NCBI GenBank assembly: GCA_963830365.1
Contig: CAWHMU010000041.1
Location: 1-64,000, forward strand
Reading direction: 5' to 3'
DNA: 64,000 bases
Source: an uncultured Chlamydiae bacterium
GTDB lineage: Bacteria; Chlamydiota; Chlamydiia; Chlamydiales; Parachlamydiaceae
The position numbers and the translations under genes are program-made. The notes below the pieces were generated by a model that was not told the origin of the DNA, ran no database searches, and saw nothing but the letters and a program-made list of their open reading frames with translations. Positions 52,795 to 62,993 of this stretch are shown here, piece by piece. The number at the start of each line of letters is the position of its first letter. The stretch's first letter is position 1.

Positions 52795-54030
52795 ATGTGT
52801 CAGCCTGTCAATAATAATTTCAGCAGACTAATACACGGAAATGGCGATAATTCCTATAATCCCAATAATGATGCAAAAAGTAATGAGGCAAAAAGTTCTG
52901 AAGTCAGCAACCTGATAGCTGAATGTTTACCCGATGACCAACCCCGTTCCTCTGCTGGGATGGGCTTGGTGGATCGGCTTTCCCCAAACCTGGCGGGGAG
53001 ACAGCAAGCAACAGCACAAGCTGTTCAAGGGATTTACAATAATGTTGTTTCGCCAGCCGAAACAAAGAGTTCCGCTGTATCCGCTGAATATGAGCAGTGG
53101 CCGTTTGATAAAATCCTTGATAAGCGCTCTACGCTGATGTTTTTATCTAATCCCGCAGATAGGGTTGGTTTTGAAAGAGAGCTTTTTCAAAAATATCAGC
53201 ATAAAGAGATTTGTTGTGTATCGAGTATTTTAGAATTCGAAGACCAACTTACAATCGCTTATGTCGATCAAGGTGCAATAAAATCCGAAGATGGCCCGAT
53301 AAGAAATATATTAAATAATGGAGGCATCCTCGTCCTTGATTTTGAGAACTTCCCAGGGGCAATCGAACATCTTAACTCTCTTTTTGACACCCCTCCACTC
53401 TATAACGGAGAGCTACTGCACAAAGATGTCAAGATTATAGGCCTAATCGGAAACAGAGGGATGACAAATAAGCGCTATACTTCGGCCTTCATTTCGCGCT
53501 GGGATCAAAAAATAGACCTTCTTTCCAAACAACAAGGCATGCAAAATAGTATAGCAAGGGTTAAAGATGGAGAGAACTTCCCTGTGGTTGATCTTTATGG
53601 CTCTCCCGACTTTGAGGAGGCCTTGATCGGAACCGTAAATTCTGAAGGCCGTGACCAATGGAGTTTTCAAGAAGGGGCTCTTATCCAGGCGATCAAGCGT
53701 GGAGAAACAGGACTGATTTTAAAAATTCCCCCTTATGGCTCGGTCTCTTTCGAACGCCTGCTTTGTACAATCCAAGCTACAGGCAAGGTGCATGCCAATG
53801 GTAAAAGCATCGATATTCCTAAGGGGTTTTCATTTCGGCGCGCGGAAGGGTATACAGACAAAGAGCTGTCCGCTGCCCTTCAAAAAACAAAGCTGCATGT
53901 TGTTTCTCAACCGGAAGTGCCTGGTTTCGAGTCAGAAGAAAAAGATGCCGAAAAACGTTTTGGAAAAAGGCTAATTGTCAATGCTTCAACCTTTAAAAAA
54001 AGGTGTCAGGCTTGGCATTTGGAGATTTGA
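52795..54030 (+). pseudogene. 3'-truncated effector-like protein with degenerate midasin/MoxR-like AAA segments
   Basis: Asn/Ser-rich N-terminus; DGPIRNILNNGGILVLD..EHLNSLFD and FQEGALIQAIKRG. The last codons come from a repeat arm. Confidence 0.5.
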
Positions 54031-54098
54031 CACTTAAACACCTTGCTTTCAATATTCTAAAAATTAAATCTCCAAATGGTAAGCCTGACACCTTTTTT
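53994..54098. repeat. Palindromic arm pair (GGTGTCAGGC)
   Basis: aaaaaaggtgtcaggcttggcatttggagattt / aaatctccaaatggtaagcctgacacctttttt. Confidence 0.9.
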
Positions 54099-54115
54099 GC
54101 ATCTACCAGCACCTT

Positions 54116-55066
54116 TTACCATTCAAGATTTGATGTTTTTTGCTGACCTTCAGCTTCTCTGTCCATTTGTTTTGCGATGAAACCGGAAACAGCAGTATAG
54201 GCATCGGCTTGCATGACAGGATTCCGGATGAACAGAGTATGAAGGAGCTCGCCTTCTTTAAGAAGTTTATGATGGATTTTTGCTGCTAGTATGTTACGGC
54301 TCAGAGAAATTCCTCTATCATCTTTTATGAATTGTTCTAGTGACATTTCTTCTTCCAAACCCCGTATGAGAATGGCGCTTTGCAAGACAGTGGTGGCGTA
54401 ATCCATGCAGTAATAAGATTCTCGAGCATCTCCTTTCCGATTGAGAAACTGTTTTCCCATGAGCAAATCAGCAACAGCGTGTGCGATTCTTTTATCGTCC
54501 TTTGGTGGGGTTGGGCGGAGTCGAGGTTTTTTTAACCAATGTGTACATATCTTCCAGGTCGATATTTTTACAAGTTGCTTATCGGTAGCTTCGAACGGAG
54601 CACGATGCTTTTCAGGGATATATGCTGTTTGCAGTCCGTATTTAGCGATCAATGACCGTAATCTGTCATCACTAGGCACATAGACGACCAAGCTAGTCAC
54701 ATCATTACCGGCATAGTTAAGATAATTCACTCGCTTTGTCCTTATACCACGCGCTGCTACGTGAGCGATGATGAGTTCGTCCTCTTTTTCAGTCTCTTGC
54801 GGTTTGGCTTTTCTTATCACAAGCATACCGTGGTTGTAGTCGGTTTGTATATGGATCTTGAAAAATACGTTTAGCAAATATTGCAGGCATGCATACACTC
54901 TATGTATAAGAGTCTTATGTTGATGATCTCTCGTGATGGCGAAAGTACCTGAGTACGAAATATTAGAATCTAAATGTCCATGGTATGGAAACTCATATCT
55001 AGTGAATCGGACTTCACCTGTTGAAAATGACATAAAAGATCCTGGTAATAAAGTTATGGACGTCAA
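54116..55066 (-). CDS. Hypothetical protein, possible permuted papain-like fold
   Basis: IIAHVA (His) precedes YYCMDY (Cys). Start uncertain. Confidence 0.5.
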   Translation of the reverse strand: MTSITLLPGSFMSFSTGEVRFTRYEFPYHGHLDSNISYSGTFAITRDHQHKTLIHRVYACLQYLLNVFFKIHIQTDYNHGMLVIRKAKPQETEKEDELIIAHVAARGIRTKRVNYLNYAGNDVTSLVVYVPSDDRLRSLIAKYGLQTAYIPEKHRAPFEATDKQLVKISTWKICTHWLKKPRLRPTPPKDDKRIAHAVADLLMGKQFLNRKGDARESYYCMDYATTVLQSAILIRGLEEEMSLEQFIKDDRGISLSRNILAAKIHHKLLKEGELLHTLFIRNPVMQADAYTAVSGFIAKQMDREAEGQQKTSNLEW

Positions 55067-55893
55067 AAAACTGCGTGATATTTTCTATTTCTTAATCATG
55101 AGGCAGGCAGGACTGAGCTCTTAAATGAGCTTGAGACGCCGAGTTTATATTTCATCCAGTTCCAAACAAAGCGGGCGGTATGAAGTTTTTCTTGAGACTC
55201 AAACTCTTTCGACGACATTCTGTATTTTTTGCCTCGCAATAGATATTGGATGGCACGGTGACCCGTTTCGGTAACCCATTCTGTCGTCGGCACGGGAGCT
55301 TGGTAAGCTTTAACACGTTCACCGATGACAGCCAAGTTGCTGTACTTCGTATCAGGAAACACAAGAAAGTTTCTTTCTTCTCCTGGGAGAAAACGCACTA
55401 TTGGTGCAGAATCTCGACTTCCGTATTGCCGAGCGCGCGAATCGACTGTCGCCGTGTATTTTGCGGGAAAGCCTTCCACAATATCCCAAACCCCAAGTCT
55501 TCTCAGAACTTCCTCAGTCAGCTCCTCTTCGCTACAATCTGTCCCAGGACGTTTTACATGTAAGCCTAATTTGCTCAAATCATTCATCGCAATATAAAAG
55601 AGGCGAGATCCTTTTGGCTGGGCTTTGTAATAGGATGACCCGAGAGAAATAAGCGTAATTTGCCAAGGATGCTTGGTGTCTATATGAATAAAATCTCTTT
55701 CTGAAAGACCCGGGAATTTGCTTTCTATTTGAGATGCCAGGTCGTCATCAACACGCAACCATACCGAGCTATGGGGTTGCTTAATGCTATTTGAAAAAGG
55801 TGTGTCCGGAGAAATCGGAGCTGTGCTCTTATCATCGTAAATTAAGGCCTTCTCAGGAACTAAGCCTTTATTTACGTTTGCCCCAAGAGTGAT

Positions 55894-57265
55894 TATAATG
55901 GTCCCGGAAATTTGGACAATGGTCTAAGCTAATACCCTCTTTAAGAAAAGAGGTGAAAATGAGCCGAACAAGAAAAAAATATCCCCCAGAATTTAAAGTC
56001 AAAGCCGTGCTTGAGATTTTGAAGGGAGAAAAGACTGCAAGTCAATTATCCGGTGAACTGGGAGTGCATCCTATCGTGTTGTCGGAGTGGAAAAAACACT
56101 TTTTATCAACTGCCACAACTGTATTTGAAAAACCGAGCAAGATGACTGGGACAGCACAGGAAGTTAAAGAAAAGGCAGAACTTTTCGAGCAAATCGGACG
56201 TCTTAAAATGGAGGTGGAGTGGCTTAAAAAAAAGTTAGGATGTTTGACTTAAATTCTCGACGACTTCTAATAGAGCCAGATCATAAGAAGTTGTCGCTAT
56301 CAAGTCAGTGTCATTTGCTTGGAATGTCACGATCTGGGTTGTATTATAAGGCCAAACAGCCCAACGAGGAAGATTTGGCACTCATGCGGGCTATTGATGA
56401 ACAATATCTTCAAACTCCCTTCTATGGAAGAAGACGGATGACGATAGCAATGAGAGCTCAAGGTTTTTTTGTAGGAGGAAAAAGGATTCGAACGGCGATG
56501 CAGACAATGGGTTTAGAAGCAATCTATCCCAAGCCCAATCTGAGTGCGGCAAATAAGGAGCATAAAAAGTTTCCTTACCTACTAAGAGGGATTGTAGTAG
56601 ATAAACCCGATTTGGCATGGGCTGCAGATATCACCTACGTTCCTTTGTTGAAAGGATTTGGATACCTTTTTGCGATCATCGATTGGTTTAGCAGGTATGT
56701 GATCGAATGGGAACTTTCGAATCTGCTGGATGCGGAATTTTGCATTAATGCATTAGAAAGAGGGCTTTCTCGAGCTAGTCCTGAGATATTCAACACAGAC
56801 CAAGGAGTTCAATTCACCTGCTGTTGGTTTGTAGAGAGATTAGAAGCAGGCGGAGTCAGAATCAGTATGGATGGAAAAGGCAGAGCCCTTGATAATGTGT
56901 TTATTGAAAGGCTCTGGAGAAGCGTGAAGTATGAAGAGATTTATCCAAAAGGGTATGAAAGCTTAAAAGATGTCCGTAATGGACTTAAGAGTTATTTTAA
57001 GTTTTACAACGAGAGCAGGCCACACCAAGGACTGGGTTATAAAACGCCTGCGGAGGTGTATTTTTCTAGGCAGAGCCTTTAGGAAAAGGGGGCAAGCCCC
57101 CTTACCCCCCTTCCGCCTTCGTTGGACTTGGATTACCTTGATTTTTAAAGGAACTTGAGGGGGCAAGCCCCCTCAAACTCCCCCTTTAGCTGCAAGAACA
57201 ACAAAAACTTGAGGTTATTAGCTTAACTTTTCCCATTTTTTGTCTAGACAAAGGGGACCACTTTA
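55894..57265 (+). mobile_element. IS3-family insertion sequence
   Basis: Imperfect TIR tataatggtccc..ggacaa / ttgtct..gggaccacttta; 3-bp duplication GAT; orfA and orfB. Confidence 0.93.
55959..57082 (+). CDS. IS3 transposase OrfAB (-1 frameshift at A8G, 56226-56234)
   Basis: OrfA HTH (RKKYPPEFK); OrfB WAADITY, FNTDQG, DNVFIERLWRSVKYE. Confidence 0.93.
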
Positions 57266-58350
57266 GATGATGACTTTTGCATTCGGCGTTAATTGCGCGC
57301 CATCAATAGCAACAACGCGCTGGTTTTCAACAGCAAGCTGTCGTACTGTTCTTCTCTTTTCAATGTGCACGCCTTCTTTTTGTAAATAGCTGACAATTGG
57401 TTCGACTATTGATTCATAGTCACATGAAGCAGATCTTAGCACCCAGTTATGTGGAGCAGTGCCATGTGTATGTGTCATATATCGCTTTAGTGAAAGAGCT
57501 GAGTGATGGTCGAAAAGACCTGTGAGGTGGAAAAAGTATCTAAAAATGGGGGTTTCGGTCATTCCTGGTGGGAAAAGATCTCGAATGGCCATGTTTTCCA
57601 ATTCTTCATCATTTTTACTTGCGATGGCCAAAAAGGCTGTCCGCATTTCAGCGGGGACCGTTTGTCTAGGTTGAGCGTGATTTCGACCAATCAGATGGTC
57701 TGTATTCCATATTCCAGCTTGCCTCCATGCCTTCTCTGTATAGTGATAGGAAGGTTCATCGAAAGTGCGAACAGTATGTGCAAAAAAAGATTTTCCTTTA
57801 TTAGCAACATGTCGGTAAAAAATTCCTCCGCATTCTTCATTTTCTTCCAAAAGAGTAATGTTTCGTGCCGGCACTCCTTCTTGTAGTAATAAAAGTGTTG
57901 TATTAAGACCCGCGATGCCTCCCCCAATAACATAAAAAGGGCTATTTAAGATTTCTTGTGCTACAGAATCTGTTTTCTTTGTCGTCCCGCAACAGTGCTT
58001 AATCCACGCAACAGACCGGCCTATCAATTTTCCGATCGAATCATTAACTAATGCCAAGGCGAGCGAAAGCATGCAGCCAAGAGTGTTAAAAAAAACTTTT
58101 GTGCTATTAATGAAAGATGATTGATTAGGCATAGATTCCACTCTTTTAGATTAAAATAAATTATAAGCTATGGTAGCAACTGCTCATAAAGTTGAGGTAT
58201 ACCATGCGCGGTTAGGTTGCTTTGACGAGACTATCGCGCCTTTGCTTCGATGATTGTAGTAAAAAAGTGTTAAGAGTGTATAAAGTTGTTGTCGAAATTT
58301 TAAATTATTGCATAACCATGTTGAAGGTACTACGGAACGACCAACAGGAT

Positions 58351-58428
58351 TGGGGTCAGGCAGGCATTCGGTTATTCGCCATTCAAACACATACCGGCAT
58401 ACCAAGTCTGACCCTATTATCTGACCCC
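58351..58428. repeat. Palindromic arm pair (GGGGTCAGGC) with duplicated end
   Basis: tggggtcaggc ... gtctgaccctattatctgacccc. Confidence 0.75.
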
Positions 58429-58603
58429 GATACTGACGCCATTTTAATTTTGTCGATAATGTTTATTTCATTATGTTGAGGTTTCGCAGATCTGTTTTTA
58501 TGGCGGTTAATTCTGCCGGAAAATCGTTTTTTTTCTGACATGACTTGACGGATTTCTCATGAGCAACTGCTATTTCTAGTCTTAGAATAGGGGGTGGGTG
58601 GGT

Positions 58604-59893
58604 ATGTCGATTCCAAATGTTCCTTGTTCAGGCTTTTCTGAGGTCCATATAGACCAACAATCCTGCGTTTTGCAGGAGGTCGTCGCACCACAACCTAAAC
58701 TTGCCGAAAGGGTAGATTTGTTTAGCAGGTCGATATTTCGATATATGGGTGCTGCTGGCTCAAGGGGCAGCAAGCCCATTAATTATGCTGTCACCAAATT
58801 CCAGGAAGGAAGAAATCTTCTGGAAAGTACAAATAGATGTTTGCGCATACAAGGTATGTTCATAATGACCATGGCGGCGATGATTTGTGTTCCATGTGCC
58901 TTTCTTTCGCTTCCCGGTATTACGCTTAAGGCGCTTAGCGCTTTATTTAGAAATAATTTCGCCTATTCACCCGCCCTTGAATCAAGCGTTAGGCTATCAT
59001 CAGGTGAAGCGTTGAATGTCATGACGTGGAACGTCGGACTCGGTCCGGCCTTTATGTCGGCCACAAACGGATTAGCACACCCAAAAGAGCGCATCGGTGC
59101 GATTGTAGAAAAAATCGTAGAGCAAGAGGCTGACATTGTGTCTTTGCAAGAAGTTTTTGATCATGAGGGAACGCAAGAATTGGTCAAACAACTAAATGAA
59201 AAGGGTTATAACTGTGTGCATTCTATATTGACAGGCGGGGTGACGACGCTCTCTAGCGGGTTGTTTTTTGCTATTAAGCGTACTAAGGATGATGATTTGA
59301 CAATTAAAGATGTCAAAACGTGGAAATTTACCAACGGCGTAGATTCTGATTGGCTTTCCAATAAGGGGTTGCTCGGATTGAAACTTAAAGTAAAAAGGCA
59401 TGGTGCGAAAAAAAACATGTATGTTTTTAACACTCATCTGCAAGCAAGCTATGGCAAGGATGGGTATAGCCATGTGCGGAAAGCACAGATGGCAGGCATA
59501 ATAAAGCGCATTCAAGAATGGACGGTGAATCACACAGAAAATGTCCTTTTATCCGGCGACTTAAATTTTGGCGCCGCAAAAGTCGAGGTGGGCGATGATG
59601 ATGCAGAGTATGACGAGCAAATGAAAACCTTGCAAGCCGTTAACTTGACGGACGATAATGAGACAGTGCAGCATGAAACCCTTCAAGCTAAGAGCAAGCC
59701 GCAAGGCTCTTTCATGCATATCAAAAAGAAAGATCCCTCCGGCAGGCGATCCAGGGCGATCATTGACTATGTCATTCGCGGAAATGGATTTGCACAAACC
59801 CAACCACAGATCATTGACATTAGCCAGGAGGAGCCTCCCTGTTCCGACCACTCTCTTGTTGTCGCACAGGTTTCTTTCATTAGCTTAGTATAA
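58604..59893 (+). CDS. Sphingomyelinase C-like EEP-family phosphodiesterase with N-terminal hydrophobic segment
   Basis: VMTWNV, SLQEVFD, SSGL, NKG, NTHLQA, GDLN, IDY, SDH. Confidence 0.85.
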   Translation: MSIPNVPCSGFSEVHIDQQSCVLQEVVAPQPKLAERVDLFSRSIFRYMGAAGSRGSKPINYAVTKFQEGRNLLESTNRCLRIQGMFIMTMAAMICVPCAFLSLPGITLKALSALFRNNFAYSPALESSVRLSSGEALNVMTWNVGLGPAFMSATNGLAHPKERIGAIVEKIVEQEADIVSLQEVFDHEGTQELVKQLNEKGYNCVHSILTGGVTTLSSGLFFAIKRTKDDDLTIKDVKTWKFTNGVDSDWLSNKGLLGLKLKVKRHGAKKNMYVFNTHLQASYGKDGYSHVRKAQMAGIIKRIQEWTVNHTENVLLSGDLNFGAAKVEVGDDDAEYDEQMKTLQAVNLTDDNETVQHETLQAKSKPQGSFMHIKKKDPSGRRSRAIIDYVIRGNGFAQTQPQIIDISQEEPPCSDHSLVVAQVSFISLV

Positions 59894-59992
59894 AATGGGT
59901 CTGAGAAGGCACGGCCTTAACCTGTCTTGGCGATGGTCATTCGCTTTGATAGGTTAGCTGATTATTGCTAACTATGAAATTTTCACTGGCGC

Positions 59993-60502
59993 ATGGTAAA
60001 ACTGGAAATAAAAAGACTGCCCAGCGATGCTGGGCAGTCTTTATATTTAATTGCAGGCGTGCCGATGATGATAAATGTCAGGGATTATCAATATTTTGGT
60101 GGCGAGCATCCCGCCATAGCGATAGCAAGGGTCACAAGTTATGGCTTATTAAGAATGGCTTCTACGGCAGCATCTGTAGGCTTTATGGTGAAAGAAGTCT
60201 GCTTCTTCGCCGCCCTAGGCAGTTTTTTTGCTAAAATGTATGCCTCATTTAATGAGCTTTACCAGTGCGCCGAGAATGGGCAGGCAAGCGCTAATGAATT
60301 GCTGCCTTTTCTTCCATTGAGAAAAGAGCGGCGTATTCAAATTCGTCATCAAGAGACGCATCAGCGTGCTAAATGCTACGAACTGATGAAAAGTGTCAGG
60401 CAGCTTACAAACGCTGTAATCGATGGTTTTGCAGTAACCATTTCATATCATAATATTCAAATACTTACCGATTATTTAGCAAACGGGCTATATGAAGAAT
60501 AG
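59993..60502 (+). CDS. Hypothetical protein with hydrophobic segment
   Basis: 169 aa ORF; no motif recognised. Confidence 0.45.
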   Translation: MVKLEIKRLPSDAGQSLYLIAGVPMMINVRDYQYFGGEHPAIAIARVTSYGLLRMASTAASVGFMVKEVCFFAALGSFFAKMYASFNELYQCAENGQASANELLPFLPLRKERRIQIRHQETHQRAKCYELMKSVRQLTNAVIDGFAVTISYHNIQILTDYLANGLYEE

Positions 60503-60980
60503 ACCGTGATATAAAAGCATATTTACAAGCAATCTAAGGCGTACTTCCTGCCCTTGTCGTTACCCACAACTATCAATCGAATATTTTAAGTCGTTTTTTG
60601 GGCCATCCTCGCCTATTCGGTCAAGAAAGCAAAAAGAGAGGAACTCCTACGGAGTTAAATGCAATTATTCATTTTCCCATAGTTGCGGCTGTCTTCGCTT
60701 TCGCTCGCGAGCCTTAACTACGGGCTACAAAGAGATCAATCTGCAAGACCTCAAAAGAACTCATGGGCTATGTATCAGCAGAGAAGGTAGATTAATAAAC
60801 CTTATTGTGAATATATTTCAAAGTTTTTTTGTTGGCGGAGCTTATCTCTTTGTAGCGCCCAAGCGGTTTACCGCTGATATCTGAAAAGTAACGGTGTCAT
60901 TAGATGCCATCTTCAGAAAAAAGAACGATCTCTTATAAACTTTCTTTTTACCAAAACAAAAGCTAATAAGGAGATCGTTC

Positions 60981-62378
60981 ATGTCTAATAGTAGCAATTC
61001 CAATCATTTCAAAAAACAACAACATAAAAACAAACTTGGATACATCGATCCTACTGTTGCTGGCATCGATATAGGAGATAAGGGAATCCATATAGCTATT
61101 CCCGATGGTAAAGGTGGTTCTTACGTGAGGGAATTTGGTACAACGACACCTGAACTCCGTGAAATAGTCAAAGTTCTTAAAGAGGCTAATGTGGAAATTG
61201 GTGTTATGGAAGCTACGGGTGTTTATTGGATTCCCCTGTATGAAATTATGGAAGAATCAGGCTTAAAACCAGTCTTGGTCGATGCTAAAAATGTCAAAAA
61301 TCCACCTGGCAGAAAAACTGATGTGGTGGATGCTCAGTGGATTCAAACATTATATTCTAGTGGTCTATTAAGAGCTGCTTATCGCCCACCACGCGATCGC
61401 TTAAAATTGCGGGCATATGTAAGGCAGCGCATGAATGTCATCAAAACAAAGCAATATGCACTTCTGCATATGGAAAAAGCCTTGCAGTTAATGAATATCA
61501 AGCTGAGCACCGCTGTAAGCGATATAGCGGGAGTCTCCGGATTAAATATAACACGAGCAATAGCAGCCGGTGAAAGAGATCCATATAAGTTAGCTGCAAT
61601 GAGGAATAAGCTTTGCAAAAAGGAAGAGAGCCTATTTGTAGCAGCCCTGACAGGGAATTATCAAGAAGAACATATTTTTTCGCTAAAGCAAGCCCTAGAT
61701 CAATACGATTTTGCACATAAACAGCTGGACGAGTGTGACGAGTGCATTCAGAAGGAGCTTGAGCGATTTCCAGATGTAGTCAATACGCCTCCACCAAAGA
61801 ACCATAAAGATATAAAAAAGCGTCCTCAGTTTTCTAAATTCAAAAAACCTAAGAAAAATGATCTTTGTTTTGATGTCAGAGCCATTCTCTGGAGAAAAAC
61901 AGGAATAGACCTGACAGCGCTGCCAGGCATAGCAGATAGTACTGCACTACTCATTTATTCAGAACTTGGAGGGACTGACGTAAGCGCCTGGAATAGCGAA
62001 AAAGCATTTTCGTCCTGGCTAAAACTGTCCCCCGGCAATAATGTTTCAGGAGGTAAACGACGTAAAAGCAAAAGGCAAAAACCAAGTGCCAATTATATTT
62101 CACAGGCTTTAAGAATGTCTGCAGTGGCAGCTAAAAAATCAGATGCTGCATTAGGAGCACATATCAGGCGCATATGCGGCCGAACGGACAACTCTAAAGG
62201 GATTAAGGCCGGCGCGCATAAGCTAGCGACTATGGTATATCACATGTGTAAGGAAGGCTGGCAATATTATGAAAAAGGAGCAGAATATAATGAAAAAATG
62301 CATGCAATGAAAAGCCTGATCGGATTGCACAAAAAAGCTGAAAAATTAGGTTATAAACTAGTTGCCGTAACAGCGTAA
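60981..62378 (+). CDS. IS110-family DEDD recombinase
   Basis: AGIDIG, MEATGVYW, RKTDVVDAQW, LPGI, SPGNNVSGG. Confidence 0.96.
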   Translation: MSNSSNSNHFKKQQHKNKLGYIDPTVAGIDIGDKGIHIAIPDGKGGSYVREFGTTTPELREIVKVLKEANVEIGVMEATGVYWIPLYEIMEESGLKPVLVDAKNVKNPPGRKTDVVDAQWIQTLYSSGLLRAAYRPPRDRLKLRAYVRQRMNVIKTKQYALLHMEKALQLMNIKLSTAVSDIAGVSGLNITRAIAAGERDPYKLAAMRNKLCKKEESLFVAALTGNYQEEHIFSLKQALDQYDFAHKQLDECDECIQKELERFPDVVNTPPPKNHKDIKKRPQFSKFKKPKKNDLCFDVRAILWRKTGIDLTALPGIADSTALLIYSELGGTDVSAWNSEKAFSSWLKLSPGNNVSGGKRRKSKRQKPSANYISQALRMSAVAAKKSDAALGAHIRRICGRTDNSKGIKAGAHKLATMVYHMCKEGWQYYEKGAEYNEKMHAMKSLIGLHKKAEKLGYKLVAVTA

Positions 62379-62399
62379 AGAAGACAAGAAAAGCAAGAC

Positions 62400-62600
62400 C
62401 GGTTGAATAGCAGTAATCAAAAATTCGTGGAAAAAATTGACCCATCGAGCACTGGTGCTAAGTGCCCGTTTTGTAGCTTGGTCGGAAAGAATCGCGATAA
62501 TATCATTGGGAAGCATAGCTATCCCGTTCGGAAGATCGCCTGGCATTATGTTCTTTCCTCCGCCTTTTTAATGATTAATGCTCTTCGACTCCAAAAGCAG
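62400..62600 (+). ncRNA. Candidate bridge/seek RNA in the IS110 right end (limits approximate)
   Basis: Twin stem-loops carrying TTTGTAGC (62470-62477, matches target) and TCGGAAG (62528-62534, matches donor end). Confidence 0.6.
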
Positions 62601-62993
62601 GGGAAATGATGAAAGATCCGCCAATAACGCCGGCATAAGTTTCGTAAGCATTCAACCTATTGTTACTCGGAAGCCCGTGGCTAAGGCGTGCGAGCGAAAG
62701 CGAAGACAGCTGCAGCTACGGGAAAACGCATATTCTTGTTTAACTCCGTAGGAGTTCCTCTCTTTATTACTTTAGTGATCGAATATTTTCCCTACGAAGA
62801 TGCCAATGGAAAAAAAATGACTTAAAATATTCGATTGATAGTTGTGGGTAACGACAAGCTTGCTGCCCGGACGGCATAATTCCCCACAAAACGTAACCGC
62901 ATATCAGCTGTTTTACGGTTTCATTCTCCTCTATTGAGGGATAAATCCATCTTAGGCTAATATTTTGCCATAAACAGCATAAAGGCAAAACAA

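Larger units (their letters stand above)
55096..58141 (-). pseudogene. FAD-dependent oxidoreductase (oleate hydratase-like) split by IS3
   Basis: YVIGGGIAGL, LLEENEECGG, YESIVEPIVSYLQKEGV. Removing the IS and one GAT joins KVII to TLGANV in frame (556 aa). Confidence 0.8.
60854..62674 (+). mobile_element. IS110-family element bounded by AG(C) cores
   Basis: Junctions tctctttgt-AGC-gccc and ctcgga-AGC-ccgtgg; the empty site tctctttgtAGCccgtgg is at 43429-43446. Confidence 0.92.
60553..62858. mobile_element. MITE-A copy 2 (inverted relative to copy 1), interrupted by IS110
   Basis: Same TIRs as copy 1; flanks cttcctgcc / cttgctgcc; interior is the reverse complement of about 43160-43610. Confidence 0.9.
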
